Both the position numbers and the translations under genes were made by a program. The notes below the pieces were generated by a model. The model searched no databases and was not told the DNA's origin. It saw only the letters and a program-made list of their open reading frames with translations. A stretch of 64,000 nt of DNA from Callorhinchus milii. Lineage: Eukaryota. The stretch's first letter is position 1. The number at the start of each line of letters is the position of its first letter. Below, piece by piece: positions 40,122-54,400 of this stretch. The stretch is from NCBI RefSeq assembly GCF_018977255.1, contig NW_024704742.1, positions 132,806,001-132,870,000 on the forward strand. The letters run 5' to 3'.

Positions 40122-40500
40122 CAGGGGGTTTCAAGCTGGGGGTCCGCATCCCCGCCCCCCATAGCGAAGTTATTGGGAAAGAATTTTTATTTGTTTAACT
40201 GTAATTTTGCCCAAGTCATGGTGGTGGTGTTGGGGGGAGAAGTGAAGCCGAGTGTGAGGTGAGGCCAGGCCTTGGAGTTGAGAGAGAGGAAAAAAAACAC
40301 TGGATGGTCCTATTCCCTCTACTTCAATACAGGGCATTTACCAGCATTGGGATTAGAGACCAGGAGGAAGATAAGCTCGTATCCCCTCCCCCCACTCCTC
40401 CAAAGGAGCATGTAAACATGCCATTTTTCAGAACGGTGGCCCTCATGAGACAATAATGTCCAAAGGTTGGGTGCAGCGCGAAAACATTTGGAAACTGCTG
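40122..40500. mobile_element. Probable hAT/Charlie-type non-autonomous DNA transposon inside a SINE
   Basis: Ends CAGGGGGTTTCAAGCTGGGGGTCC and AAACATTTGGAAACTGCTG form imperfect TIRs. The right flank GTCTAGGC resembles the Charlie target and resumes the interrupted SINE. Confidence 0.55.
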
Positions 40501-40889
40501 GTCTAGGCTGATAGGCTAATAACAATAATAATAATATTAATAATCCTTACATTTGATGTAGCGCTTTTCAAGTCTTCCAGACGGCACAAAGCTCTTCACA
40601 GAATAGACTGAAAAGTGAATTGACTGTATATTTGTGGGGAAGCACAGCAGCCAATTGCGCAAAGCAGTGTCCCACACGTAGCCGTGGATTGAGTAACCAA
40701 ATTATTATTGTTTTGTTTTGGAGGAATTATTATTATGTGCACTGATGGGATGTGCTACAGTGTCAGAAGCAACATCCTTTGGCTGAGACATTAAAGCGAG
40801 ACCCCATCTGCCTATTCAGGTGGACGTTACAAAATTCCATGGCTGTTGCGTTTTGCCAACAAAATACACAGTCGCTACACTTTACAGTA

Positions 40890-41215
40890 GTGGAGTCCTG
40901 TAGCTCAGTGGTTAGAGCACTCGCTTTGCAAGTGAGAGACCTGAGTTCAATTCCAGGCAGGGCGAAACCTTGGGCAAGTTTCCTTACTCCACACACCTAA
41001 TAATAATCCCTCCAAAAAACCAAAAACAATAATTAAATTGGTCATTTTTCAATCTACGACTGTTTGTGGGACATTGCTGTGCGCAATTGGCTGCCGCGTT
41101 CGCCCACAAATATACAGTCAATTCACTTTACAGTGTGTTCTGTGAAGCGCTTTGGGACGTCCTCCCGACGTGAAAAGCGCTATATCAAATGCAAGGATTA
41201 TTATTATTATTATTA
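40890..41215 (+). mobile_element. Young tRNA-Ala-derived SINE with 8-bp target site duplication
   Basis: Head TAGCTCAGTGG...CTCGC-TTTGCAA-GTGAG (TGC anticodon arm)...GAGTTCAATTCC; CORE-like CCTTGGGCAAGT; (TTA)n tail; TTACAGTA at 40882-40889 and 41216-41223. Confidence 0.9.
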
Positions 41216-43177
41216 TTACAGTATATTCTGTGAAGCGCTTTGAGACGTCTTGAAAACATGATAAGACGGTATATCCAATGCAAGGATTATTATTATTATT
41301 ATTCAGAAAGAGATCGGAGTTTCTTCTCCAGTGTCCTGACCAACAATCCTCCAGATAAAATTATTCACTCACTTCACGGCTGTTTGTGGAACATTACTGT
41401 GCACAAGTTTCCCGCTGTGTTTGCCTACAAAACACACTATATTTTTATACTTGACAGCAATCTTCTTGGAAGTGGTTTGATGTATGTTACCGGAGCTTTA
41501 TCAAGTGCAAGTGGATTTTTATTACGTTAAATATTTTTTCCCCTTAATTCACGGGAGATTGTCTTCCAAAGTTTACCCCCCCCACAACCTTTAATTCAGC
41601 TCCTCGCCGCCAATTAATTTTGTTTCTCAGTGTTTCATTTTCCAATGTGAAACCAATGCTATTAACACATGGTGACCTTGAGGGGTGAAGGGTGGGGGAG
41701 GGAGGAGGGGAATGTGGGGTGGGGGAGGAAAGAGAGCATGGAGATTGGTCACTCAGGGTCTTGTGATCTGTCATCTTTTTTACACTATAAAGTCCTGAGC
41801 GTGTTTGATGGGTTCCGCCACACAAGCATTCAGCTTAAACAGAACTGCTGACATGGGAGCAGCGAAAAAATAATTCCAGTTGGCATGTGACTCACTGTGC
41901 CATCACCCCCCCCACCACCCCATAACAACCTCTTTCCCCTCCCCCCACCCACACAATAGTCACACAATAATAATCCCTGTATTTGATATTCCGCCTGATC
42001 ACATTGCTGAAACGTCTCCAAGTGCTTGACAGCGTATACTGTAAAGCGGATTGACTGTGTATTTTGTAGGTGAGTGCAGCAGCCAGTTTGTTCGCAGAAA
42101 TGTCCCACAAACAGCCATGGAGTGAGTGACCAATTTTATTTGGGGGATTTTTGGCCAGGACACCCGGGAAAAACTCCCTTCTCTCTTCGAATAGTGCCGC
42201 GGGATCTTTAACATCCACACGAACAGGCAGACAGGACCATAGAATGGCATCCCCAGCGCTGCATTGGAGTTTCAGCTTGGACCATGCGATTCAAAGACCC
42301 GACAGGGAACATTTTTGTGAGGAAAAGTGTTCTTGTTGGGAATAAGCTCTCCGGAACGCTACCTTGCATGAAGGGCACTATATAAATGCAAGTTGTTGTT
42401 GTTATTCTCTTTGGGAATGGATAAGCAGGGTGCAGTCCCTCTGGGAACTATACCCCCTATATTGAACAATCAATACCTCTGTGAAACTATCAGGGATTTG
42501 GCTCAGAGGCTCTCAAGCAGGGTGATGGGTTTCCACACGTGTGTCAAGACACTCAACTGACCCCCAAAAATTAGGTTGCTCATCTACGTACCTGACTAAT
42601 TAACTAGCTCACTCACTCGCTTTCTTGCCCACCCACCCGCTCACTTTCTCACTCAGTTGCTCACTTACTTGCTTTCTGACCAACCTGTTTTCTCACTTGC
42701 TCGCTCGCTCACTGTCAGGTGTTGCTGCCCTGGTCCTGTCCAAAGCTAAGGAATGATCTGAATCAACAAACAGGAAGCATCCAAATGGAGCTTAATTGTC
42801 CCAATTTGGATCACCAGGGTCTATAAATGCCCTGGGAGCTGATTCCTGCCTGGTTCGCATTCTATTGTTTGAGCCGCCTTGCCCTTCCCTCAACCCTAAC
42901 CCAATCGCTCACCACCATTAGCTTGAAATTAACCATTTTTTGGCCAAAGTGATCACAATTACCTGGAAAAAGCCCTGTAATATTTAACAGAGATAACACT
43001 AATAATTCTTGTATTTGATACAGTGCCTTGCATGGCAGAGGACATCTCTAAGTGTTTCACTATAACATATAGTGACTGTATATTTTGTAGGCGAACGTGG
43101 AATCCAATTTGCGCACAGCGATGTCCAACAAACAGCCATGAAGTGAATGACTAATATATCCTGTCACACAGTGGTTT

Positions 43178-43540
43178 ACCCTGTAGCTCAGGGGTTAGAG
43201 TATTCACCTCGCAAGCGACAGACCTTGGCTTGATTCCCGGCAGGGTGAAATGTTGGGCAAGTTTCTGTTTACCTGTTTACCTAGCAGTAAGTAGGCACCT
43301 GGTTGTTAGTCGATTGGCAGATCGCGTTTCCGGGTGTAAAAATTTCTTCAAAGAAAATTAAATAATAATAAATTGATCAATTCAATCCACGACTGTTTGT
43401 GGGACACCGCTATGCGCAATTTTCTGCTGTATTTCGCCCACAAAATACTACAGTAAATTCACTTTATAGTACATTCTGTGAAACACTTTTTAGACATCTC
43501 AACAACGTGATAAGGCGCTATATCAAAATGCAAGGATTAC
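43178..43540 (+). mobile_element. tRNA-derived SINE, long form
   Basis: Same head as 40890 plus the extra block gtttacctagcagtaagtagg...ggttgttagtcgattggcagatcgc. Confidence 0.75.
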
Positions 43541-46085
43541 TAGTAATATAGTGTAATGACTGTATTTGTAAGCACATTATGTGTACCGCGAAGTCCTACA
43601 ACAGCTATGAAGTTTCTTGAAACAGCCTGAAATAAAATAAAATCAAACACTCTCACTTCACTGTCATGGCTCACAAATGAATAATGATCGATTGGTGTAA
43701 GACATAGACGACCTTTGAACCTTAGACCAGCAAAGAGATAAAGGATTTGGAAAGCTATTAGGAATGGAGGGTGGGATGGGGAGGACATTGGGGTGAGTTG
43801 GGGCTGGAGAGGGAGAGGGTGTGTAAACCAAAAAAAATTTATAAAGAACTGAAAATAAAAGCAAACTTTAAACATGCCAACAATTGTCTGTGAGGCTTAT
43901 TTGGCACCTCAATGCAGACCAGCTATTTGAACAAGATGCTTGGCATAGTTCAAGACTGGCCGAGTGATTTGCACTATGCGAACAAGCGATATCTGCCATT
44001 ACCTAAACTTGCTGGACCAACGCACGCGAGGAAGGCAAAGCAGCCAAGCTGGAGAATCCACCTCTTGATTCCAACTCGCTCCTCGGGTGCAAACCCTAAA
44101 CTGTCCAGCGCCTTGCGACTTCCTTCCGATGTGAAAGGCGCTGTATAAATGCAATTTTTTTGTTGTTGGACGCCACATTGTCGCTGGTGAGACGTCCTTC
44201 AGGTGAGACGTTAAATTGAGGTCTTGTCTTCCTGTTTAGGTGGACGTTAAAGATGCCAAGGCACTCCCCAAATTGTCGGAATTTGGAAATCCACCCAATT
44301 GTCCCGGACAACAATTTCAAAGACACAAATTGGTCATTCATTTCATGGCCTTTTGTGGGGATTTTTTGCTGTGTGCAAATTGGCTGCCATGCTCGCCTAT
44401 AAATATACAGTCACTACACTTTGTAATAAACCCTGCCAAGTGCTTTGACATGTTTTGACCACGTAATGAAGCCCTGTATCAAACATAAGGCTTATTTCGT
44501 TGTTATTATCATTAGTGTTGTAACTACGTGAAAGGCACAAGTTGTTATTTTTTATGCTCAAAACCAAAAACAGAAGATAAAAAGAAATTGGGGATAAATG
44601 CTCGCAGGTCAGTCTATCCGTTGATAATATGGATTCCCGCAGCGGATTCTTCTCATATCCAATCTCTGACCTGGACTGCTTTTCTTCACCTCCACCATAT
44701 ATTTACTATTGTTGTACTGCTGTGAACATAAGGACGTCTCAATTTTAAGGCATCTGTTATTTCAAAGCGCCACCATCTCGCAAGGATCTGGGTTCAATTC
44801 CCAGGCAGGACGAACCTTAGCAAGTTTCTTTACTCCACATGCCTCTATTTACCTAGCAGTAAGTAGGAACCCGGTTGTTAGTCAATTGGCGGATCTCTTT
44901 CCACGGATAATAATCCATCAAAAAGATTGGTCACTCAACCCATGACTGTTTATGGAATCCTGCTGCGCGCAATTTGCTGCTGTGTTTCCCCCGCAAAATA
45001 CACAGTCAATCCACTTTACAGTATATCCCGTGAAGTGCTCTGAGACGTCTCAACGACGAGTTAAGGTGTTATTTCAAATGGATTATTATTATAACCATAA
45101 TATATCGTAACTCTGAGAAGTGCTATCAAGGTTTTTTTTNAAAACTCCTCCAGTCTCCAGTGAGGCAAGGGTTAAACCCAACCAGCTCTCCTTTTTCGTT
45201 TGAGCTTTCCCAGCCCCAGTTACAGGCTGCCAGTCTCGGCTAATTTAGAGCCACAGTTCCCATGGTAGAAGGAAATTAAAGGTGCTTTCATTGCTGTACG
45301 GAACAATGATCTCTGAGTTACGAGGAGCGGGCAGATTTCCTACACATGACAGTGCGGGGATCAAAAATCTGAAGGCTGGAAATCGGATCTTAACGGCAAA
45401 CTCACATGTGTACATCTGTGAATTAAATTATACATGACACGCTCTGATACTTTCCACTACTTTCCTAAATAGAAACTGTCAACTGGAAGCATTGAGGCTT
45501 TGCATAACCTGGAGTCTCTAAATATAGGGGCACAGCCAGTGTTAAGTGTCTTTATGAAAGCGTGTAGCGTACCGAACACGCTCAGTACAAAGCTGATAAA
45601 ATCAGTCCATTAGTAACAGGGCCTTCAGTTCATTTCACTCCCCCACCCTCGGAAGCTCGCTCATCAAACACCATAATCCACGACACTACCCCACCTCCTG
45701 TGAACTCTCATGTCCCCCACCTAACCCTCCCCACCTTGCCAGCCAGGCTTTCAGACTCTCTCTCTGAATTCCATCCTGGAGACCCTCTGACTTGCTCATC
45801 TTTCATCACGTTCAAAGCCCATCTCAAGACTTGTCCCTTTGACCATGAAAGAGATATCTTTCCCCTCCCAAATCATTTTAGCTCCTACTCCAGCTTGGCT
45901 GTCCAGCCAGGAGTGCGAGTTGCTTTGAGAGTGAAAGACATTATATAAATGTGAATTCTATTGTATTACTCCATTTTGAAGTCCCTCCAATTCGATACTT
46001 CCCTCCCCATCATTAAAACTCACCTTAAGATCTAACTTTCTAATGCATTTTCTGTTATCTTTCCCCCCCACCCCATCAACACCCC

Positions 46086-46177
46086 CTCCCTCCCAGACTC
46101 CACCAAACACGGATGCCCAGTCAGTTTTGCGCTCCCTCCCTGACTCCGCCAAGCTCGGATGCCCAGTCAGTTTTGCG
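46086..46177. repeat. Tandem duplication, 2 x 46 bp, in an L2 3' UTR
   Basis: ctccctcccagactccaccaaacacggatgcccagtcagttttgcg followed by ctccctccctgactccgccaagctcggatgcccagtcagttttgcg. Confidence 0.85.
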
Positions 46178-46992
46178 AAGCACTTTGAGACATCCTCCTG
46201 ACGCTGTACAAATGGTAGATTTTGTTGCTGTTTCCCAAGCGGAAGGAATAAAGAGGAGTAAACCGTTTTGAGCAGAGGAGAAAGAGAAAAATTGGCAGGA
46301 AAAATATAGTAAATAAATAAAATAATTACACAATGTGAAAAAAAACGACTCAAACCAATTGGTTGTTTACAAGGAGACTCTGTCAATGTTTAACTGTGGT
46401 AAGCAAATATATAAATAGAAGGTGAAATAGAATGTGCAATATACAAGTTGAGCCAAGTCCATTTTGATTTGTGAGATTGTAGAAGGCTTTATAGATCGCG
46501 GATTGTGAAAGTACTTCCTCAAACCCTACTGACCCAACATCTCCCTTTGCTTGGCAGGCATCAGCTGCTTCATGCCTCCACCCTATCCACCCCATCATTG
46601 ACTGATGAGCTTTCAGCCTACCTGGTCTCTTGAACTCCATCTCAGAATGTTGATGGATGACACCAACAGAAACTCCCTTCTCTTTTTGAGAAGTGATATG
46701 GGATCTTTAACATCCATCTCAACAGGCATCATCCTCACAAACCTACGCTGTACAGGAAAAGTTCCCTCCTCTTTACAAATAGAGTCACAGGGTCTTTAAC
46801 ATCCACCTGAGGAAAGGCAAACAGCATCTGATCCAGCAATCAGTCTAAAATACAAGACTAAATCCCAACAAGGGCTTGCACCCACAACTTTCTGACCCAG
46901 AGGTAACAGTGCTACCTAGTAGGCCAAAATGCCTCCAATGATCATGAGGAATAAATTTATACAGGGTTGTTTCTTAACACTTAGGTGTCTTG

Positions 46993-47420
46993 GTGTCAGT
47001 CTTGCTGAGTTGGTAGCTCTTTTGTCTCTAAGTCAGAAGATTATGGTTTCAAGCCCCTCATGTGGCTTTGAACTTGAAGCCTAGTCTGATACTTCAATAG
47101 TGCGCTGAGGAGTGCTGCATTGTTGTAGGTTCTGTCCTTCAGATGAGATGTTAAACCAAGATCCTGTCTGCCTGTTCAGGTGGATGTTAAAGATGCCATG
47201 GCACTATTTCAGAAGAGGAAATTTCTTCAAGTATCCACCTGGATAATCCCCCAGATAAGAAGACATCGGGCAAAGACCTCATTGCTTTTTGTAGGACACT
47301 GCCGTCTGCAAACTGGTGGCACATTCACCAACAGTCAATGCCCTTTACAGTAAATCCTATGAAGCACTTTGAGACACACTCCCGCCATAAGAGGCACTAT
47401 AAAAATCCAAAGATTATTAT
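46993..47420 (+). mobile_element. Deu-domain SINE
   Basis: Head, core ccttcagatgagatgttaaacc, and tail. Confidence 0.75.
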
Positions 47421-50400
47421 TTTGCCCACAAAAATACAGAGTCAAATCCACTTTACAGTGTATCCTGTGAGGTGCTTTGAGACGTCTCAGGTACATGATA
47501 AGCACTATATCAAATGCAAGAATTATTATTATTTAATCCATTTGTTGTGTTAATTCCCCCATAGAGTTAAACACACACGTATACATTACATATACATGCA
47601 CTCACACGTGCGCACCCACACGCACACACACACACTCAACACTTGCAAGTCATGGGATTACTCTGCATTATTGCTTCAATCGGTCTGCGATCAGCTCCCT
47701 GTATTTTTTGCTTCTCTCTGGGGTGAAGATAGAGAGATATTAGACACCGGCAGGCATCTGGCATTTAGCAGATGTCTGGAGTATCGGGTGATATCACATA
47801 CTGACTGTCATAAGCATTCAGACTCCGTATCCAGTTTGAAGGTTTACTGCACATTGCAGCATTAAGTTATAATCAGCAATCCAGCCCTTGATCAGATTAA
47901 CTATGCTGACACATTAAGCAATATGAAACCACCCGATGCAACACTAAGACACTCAGAGAGAAGGGAGGAAAGAGAGAAGGGAGGAAAGGAGGGGGAGGAG
48001 GGCATCAGTGGTCCTACTCTATGTCCCTTCCTCTATCCACAGCACTGTTCCCCAAGACCGCTCAATATCTCTACGTCAGCTGGGGAATCGGAAAGCTAAT
48101 AAAGTTTTTAAACAGGAGCTTTTACAACTCACGCCTTGCAATTTAATTAATATCACAGTTGGATTATTTCCATATCTCGCTCCTCCGAAAGGGTAATCTT
48201 ATCCATGGCTTTTTATAGTGGGTCAGAATATAAAAAGTGTTTCTTCCAACATGGTTCAGTTGGTGAAAGACACAGCTTGTTGTGAACTGAGGCACCTACT
48301 TAATTAACATTCCCTTAACCTGCCCTTAAAGGCTCCACAATGCTGCCCCGCATGAAGGGCACTATACAAATGCAAGTTGTTGTTGTTAACCTCCACTACA
48401 CATACCCAATGCAACACTCCACACACCCCTCACAGCTTAAGATTATCCAAATCACACAAACCTCGGACTCTTCAGTCTCACATCACTTAGAGTGCATGTC
48501 CAGTGAGAACAACAGCCTCACTTGAAAGGCGGCACTGTGGCTCAATCGATAGCACTCTCTCCTCTGGACCTAAGTGTTTGGGGTTTTAAGAACCAGTTAG
48601 GACTCGAGCTCCAAGTCCAATATAACACACCACGGGAGTGGAACAAAGTTAGATGCCATCCCCCAGATGAAATGTTCCAATTGCTTATCGTGGCTGGTGT
48701 GAAAGATTCTACTGACACCATTCAAAAAGCGAAGGGAATTTCTACCAGCGTCCTCGCCAAAACTCCTCAAGGTGAATTCTTTTAACAATGATCTTTCCAC
48801 CTGATGTAGCGCCTTATCGTGTGATCAAGGAGTCTCAAGTCACAAATTCATTGTGAAGTGCCTTGACCCTCTATTTTGTAGCTGAACACAGTGGCCAATT
48901 TGCACACAGCAATGTCCCACACTAGGCAAGACATGAATGACCAATTTTACCTGGGAGTTTCTTGGCCATTACACTGGGAAAAACTCCCTTCTCTTTCTGT
49001 ATAGTGCTGCAGGATCTTCAGTGTCCAACTGAACTGTCAAATAAGACCTCAGTTTAATATCTCAGCTAAAGGACGGCATCTCAGATACCTTGCCCAACAC
49101 TGCATTGCTGTCAGTCTAGCTGGGAGTTCAAGGTTCCCATGTGGGCTTGAGTCCACAATCTTCTGACTCAGCAGTGTTGTGTCCTGTCAACCGAACCAGG
49201 GACTATGATAAGAGTCTCAAAGAAATACGTCCTTATCACATATGGCTAAACATTCAATAGGTGAATTTAGTGAGATTTCTTCATTGAGAGATTTCTTCAT
49301 AAAGAAACCTGGAAGTGACAGATTTGGGAGCGCCACTCCAAAACTCCGCTGATTTTCAGAGTGAGGTTCCCTCAACTCGGCCTAGCATTCTTCCCGGAAG
49401 AGTTCCTTTTCATATTTCAGAATTAAGAAACCAGTCAAGAAATATACCACAAGTTAGACCCCACCAGTGCACTTTACATCAACCCACAGGAATGCATGAA
49501 TTGGAGCTCTCAGTCTCCCTTCAGCTAACAGTCCTGTGTATAAATAGATCGAGACAGATTAAATGACTGTTGCACCACAAGAAGGGACGCCACCCTTACT
49601 GATACACCGTAAAATATTACTTCGTAGCATTTAATCATAGCAATTATGTGCAGATTGTTCTTTCAAAAGATTATTGAACCGTGTGGTAAAAAGCCTTGCT
49701 GTGCACAATTAAAACTAAAATATTGTTGTGTCCTATTGCAATTAAGTATGGGCAAGGTTAAGAGTTAATAATAATAATAATAATAATAATCCTTGCGTTT
49801 GATATTGTGCCTTGCACATCGGGAGGATGTCTCAAAGCACTTCACATGATAGTGACTGTATTTCATAGGCGAACGCAACAGTCATTTTGTGCACACAAAC
49901 AGCCATAAGGTCAGGAAAAAGACCTTAAAAGTCAATCCTTTAAGCCAGTGAGGCCTGGTGAGGATGGGGGATGGTGGTGAGGGAGCAGGAGAGAATAAGC
50001 AACAGGAGATGCCCAGAAGTTCCAGGTTCAAATATTTATTTTACTTCCACACAAAGTGCACAAACCCTCCCTTCCTGCTGGACAGTCTACAAAGGAACCA
50101 GACTCCCCTCTATTCAAAGAGCTGCTGTTCTTGCAAAAATAAATTAAAAGAGATAGCTTAAGATTTGGAAACACAAAAATACGCAATGGCGCGACTCAGA
50201 TCAGGTGTCAGCCTGGCTCAGTCGGTAGCACTCTTGCATCAGAGTCAGAGGGTCGTGGGTTCAAGCCCCCACGTCGGGTCTTTGAACTCACAGTGTAGGT
50301 TGACAGCGGAATAAAGTGTTGGGAGTGTGCTGGATTGAGAGAAGTTCTATCCTTCAGATGAGACTTTAAACGAAAGTACCGTCTACTTTTTCAGGAGAAA

Positions 50401-51059
50401 GTTACAGAAAAGAGAAGGGAGTTTCTCCAAGTGTCCTGGCCAACAATAACAATAATTACACTCCTTGCATTTCATATAGCGCCTTATCGTATCTTCGAGA
50501 CATCTCAAAGCGCCTCACAGAATTGACTGTATGTTTTGTAGGTGAAACGTAGCAGCCAATTGCTTGAGGACCTGAGCTGCAGGCCCCCTCCTCGCGCCAA
50601 CGTTTCAGTTTAAATCGCAGCAAACATCCCCAGTGCCTATCCTTGCAGTTCAGGGTTAATCGCTCCTGACAAAAAGAACTTTACTTTGCCATTCCGACAG
50701 CACTTAAACATAGCGCAAGTGAGATAAATAATCCTCTCGTTTGATAACGCGCCAACTATCTCACAGCTTCCCTCAACTCAGAGAAGTTCACACAGGTTCT
50801 GGAAGCAGCCAATTTGCACACAGCAAGGTCCCAAACAAAGCTCCCGGGCAGGGTGAAACCTTAGGCAAGTTTCCTACTCTACACTCCTCTGCTTACCTAG
50901 GAGTACATAGGAACCCAGTTGTTACACAAATGTAATTTTGTTGTTGTTGTATTGGCGGATCGCTTTCCGAGGAGCAATAATGATTCCACAACCCGCCACC
51001 CACCCCTCCCAAAAAAAGTGATCACTTAATCCACAACTGTTTGTGGAACACTACTGTGC

Positions 51060-51410
51060 ACACACACATTCAAATTGCTTCACTCCCTGGCACCTCTCTA
51101 CCTCTCCGACCTCCTCACTCCCCAATCCACCACCCGATGCCTCCGTTCGACTGGCACCGGCCTCCTGCTCGTCCCTCACACCCTCGCCCCACCATCGGAG
51201 GTCGAGCTTTCAGCTGATACGTCCCAAAACTCTGAAACCCTCTCCCTCAATCCTTCCGCCTTACCCCCATCTCTCCACTTTTTCAAGTCCCATCTGAAAA
51301 CCTTCCTCTTTGACCGTGGTTACGGTCACCTCTCACCCCTCCCCCCGGATCGGAGTCAGGCTCCGCCACTGTTAAGCGTTCTGAGACGTGCAAGTTGTTG
51401 TTGTTGTTGT
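51060..51410 (+). mobile_element. L2 LINE 3' fragment
   Basis: LHSLAPLYLSDLL...RCLRSTGTGLL...FKSHLKTFLF, then (TTG)n. Confidence 0.8.
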
Positions 51411-54400
51411 TGCATAACTGGCTGCTGCTTTTTGCCCACAAAATATACAGTCAATCAACATTCTGTAAAGTGTTTTGACATGTCTCAACAACGTAATAAA
51501 GCACTATATCAAATGCAAGAATTATTATTATTATTCAAAAAGCAGCCGAGAGGTGAATGACCCAATTTTATCTGGGATGATTGTTGGCCACCACACTGAG
51601 AGAAACGCTCTTCTCTTTTCGATCAGCGCTGTGGGGTCTTTAACATCTGCTTAAACAGGCACAGTGGGAGATCTTGGTTTAAATGTCACTGCCTTGAGAA
51701 GTTAGCGCAGAGCCATGAGCTCAAAGTACTGGCATGAATCCACAGCCTTCGAACCCAGAGGTGGAGAGACCGCTAACTGAGCCAGGCATGACAACTCTGA
51801 TATCAAACAGTGGTTGCACATGACCAGAAACTATTAATGGCATCTCAAGAGAACAGTCTTTTTAACATTTATTTTTCTTATTCACTTCCAAAGACACCTC
51901 TGCCCACGGATCCTCTGCTATCTTATTGGAAAACAATAAATGGTAAAATTAGAGCTGCAGTGTTTGTTCTATTCTTGGGTGTGTGCCAAGCACTATTTCC
52001 TATTTTCTTGCTACTTCCTCAACTCTCTTCTCACCACAGAGAAGCTTCACCCGCAATATGTTACAAGGGTGGGGAAGTTGGGTGTGGGGGGGGGAGGAAT
52101 CAATCAAGATTGTTTATCCAATATTTAAAATTCCTCTTTCTCACGGCGGTTAACCCATCGAGAGCACTGTGAACACAATTATAATCACAGGGCGAAACCT
52201 TGGGCAAGTTTCCTTACTCCACATGCCTGGTAATAATCCTTCAAGAAAAAAAACAATATTAAAATCAGTCACTTCAATCCATGACCGTTTGTGAGACACT
52301 GCTGTGCGCAATTGGCTGCAGCATTTCGCCCACAAATATACAGTCAATTTTACAGTATATTCTCTGATGCGCTTTGAGACGTCTTGAAGATGTGATAAGC
52401 GCTATATCAAATGCAAGGATTATTATTATTATAATAATCGCCTGCAAAATACACAACCACTACGCTCTTCAGTGAATCCTGTGAAGCAAGATGACCTCCT
52501 GATGTGAAGGGAAAGTGCAACGATTATTACTGTTAATAAATTATTATTTTTTAATGCACCAATCTGGATTTAGTCCGAATGGCCTACTGATCCCCATTAT
52601 CTGAATTGTCCCTTTTCAGCAGCTTCAGGATGGCTTAAAAATCCTACTGAACACAGCCATAGTCCAAAATCTCATGGCAATGTTCCAAAAGAGAATTGCT
52701 CCCAGCGTCCTGGCCAACTGTACCCCCAGCTAAATCTAGTCATTCACTTCACAGCTGTATGTGGGATGTTGGCTGTGTGCAAATCAGCCACTTTGTGTGC
52801 CTGCAAATATGGAACCACTGCATTTTACAATATATCCTGTGAAGTGCTGAGATGTCCATCTGATGTAAAAGGCGCTGTATCAAACACATAAGGACTTGGT
52901 TAGAGCACTCTAATTGGTTAGAGCAAGCGAGAGAATCTGGGTTCAATTCCCGGGCAGGACGAAGCTTTAGGCAAGTTTGCTTACACCACATGCCTCTGTT
53001 CACCAAGCAGTAAGCAGGATTTATATAAAGACTTTTATTGCTTCATCATTTATCCTGCCTCAAACAGCTGTGTGACGCACATTCAGCTGATTGAAGCACA
53101 CTGTGAGGTGAGCAGAATCATATACAGTGGAGCGAAATCCATTGCCTCTCCACTCCTGTCCTTTTCTGAAAACTTTCTTGCTTTACCTCGTGGCTTCTCC
53201 AGTTCCTTCCTCGGGTGATACCTCAAACTAGCACTCGGTGTAAGCTTCAACAGAGCCCGCTGACATGGTAGTTGACCACGGGGGAGGGGCGTCTTAACTG
53301 AGCTCAATCCTGTACTCATCTGACCTCCAAACAAGATCTCCTTTTAGCTGACACAAACCTGTCTATTAGGAAGAAGATAAATCAGGTTGTTTTACCTATT
53401 CGGCATCCAGTGGCTCACTCTTCTGGAAAATGTCCATGTGGAGATGGCCCTGGAGAACCGTTTGGTTCGGTTGCTAATTGTACTCGAGCTGAAATCAGCC
53501 TGTCTCATTTGGTAGCACTCTATTTACCGAGGTTCAATATTATAATAATTACCGCTGCATTTTATAGTGCCTTATTTATATAGTAGACACAGCTAATTTC
53601 GCACAGCAGTGTCCCACAAACAGTCATGATTGAATGACCAATTTTTTTTTAGAAAACGGCTTGTTATCCCCGGACAAGCAATACACCAATTGACTAACGT
53701 TCCTACTTACTGCTAGGTAAACAGAGGCGTGTGGAGGAAGGAAACTTACCTAAGCTTTCGTCCTGCTGGGAATCGAACCTGGATCCTCTTGCTTACGAGA
53801 CTTTATGCTACAGGACTCACACTCACAGAATGCATGTACTATTTTTATGAGTTCCTAATCTAGGCTGGTACAACAACAACAACAAAATTACATTTGTCTG
53901 ACGCCTTTCACGTCGGGAGGACGTCCCAAGGCGCTGGTATACCAGCACAATACAATACAAATTTACAGTTACGTCGGAGGATAGCCCAAACTCTACACAG
54001 CGGTGGGGGAAGCCTGAGTTATTGAGGTCCCTCAAGTGAGAATTTAGTAATAATAATAATCCTTGCATTTGATATAGCGCCTTATCACGTCTTTGAGACA
54101 TCTCAAAGCACTTCACAGATTATAGTATAAAGTGAATTGCCTGTATATTTTGTGGGCGAATATATCAAAGTCCCATCTCCCAGTTGTCAAACTTTCTCAA
54201 AGCACTTCATGGCATTTTACTGTAAACTGTAGTGACTGTGTATTTTAGAGGTGAACATGTCAGGCAATCTTCGCCTTCTTTAACGTTCGTCTTGAACGGG
54301 CAGACAGTGTCTCAGTTTCAGTTGCGTGAAGCACTTTGAGACATCTCAATGTAATAGAAGCTACGTCAATTCAAGGATTATTCTTCAGGTATTTGCTTCC

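Noticed and set aside
40890..40965. Apparent tRNA-Ala(TGC) gene
   Set aside because: The acceptor stem is not intact and the sequence continues into a SINE body with tail and TSD, so it is a SINE head.
46086..46177. Repeat-spacer-repeat pattern reminiscent of CRISPR
   Set aside because: Only two units and the spacers are themselves homologous; a simple tandem duplication in eukaryotic DNA.
53083..53334. ORF with PRKELEK superficially like the ARID exon PKRKEFL
   Set aside because: Lacks LYELD and FLDDLFSFMQKRG; no real similarity.
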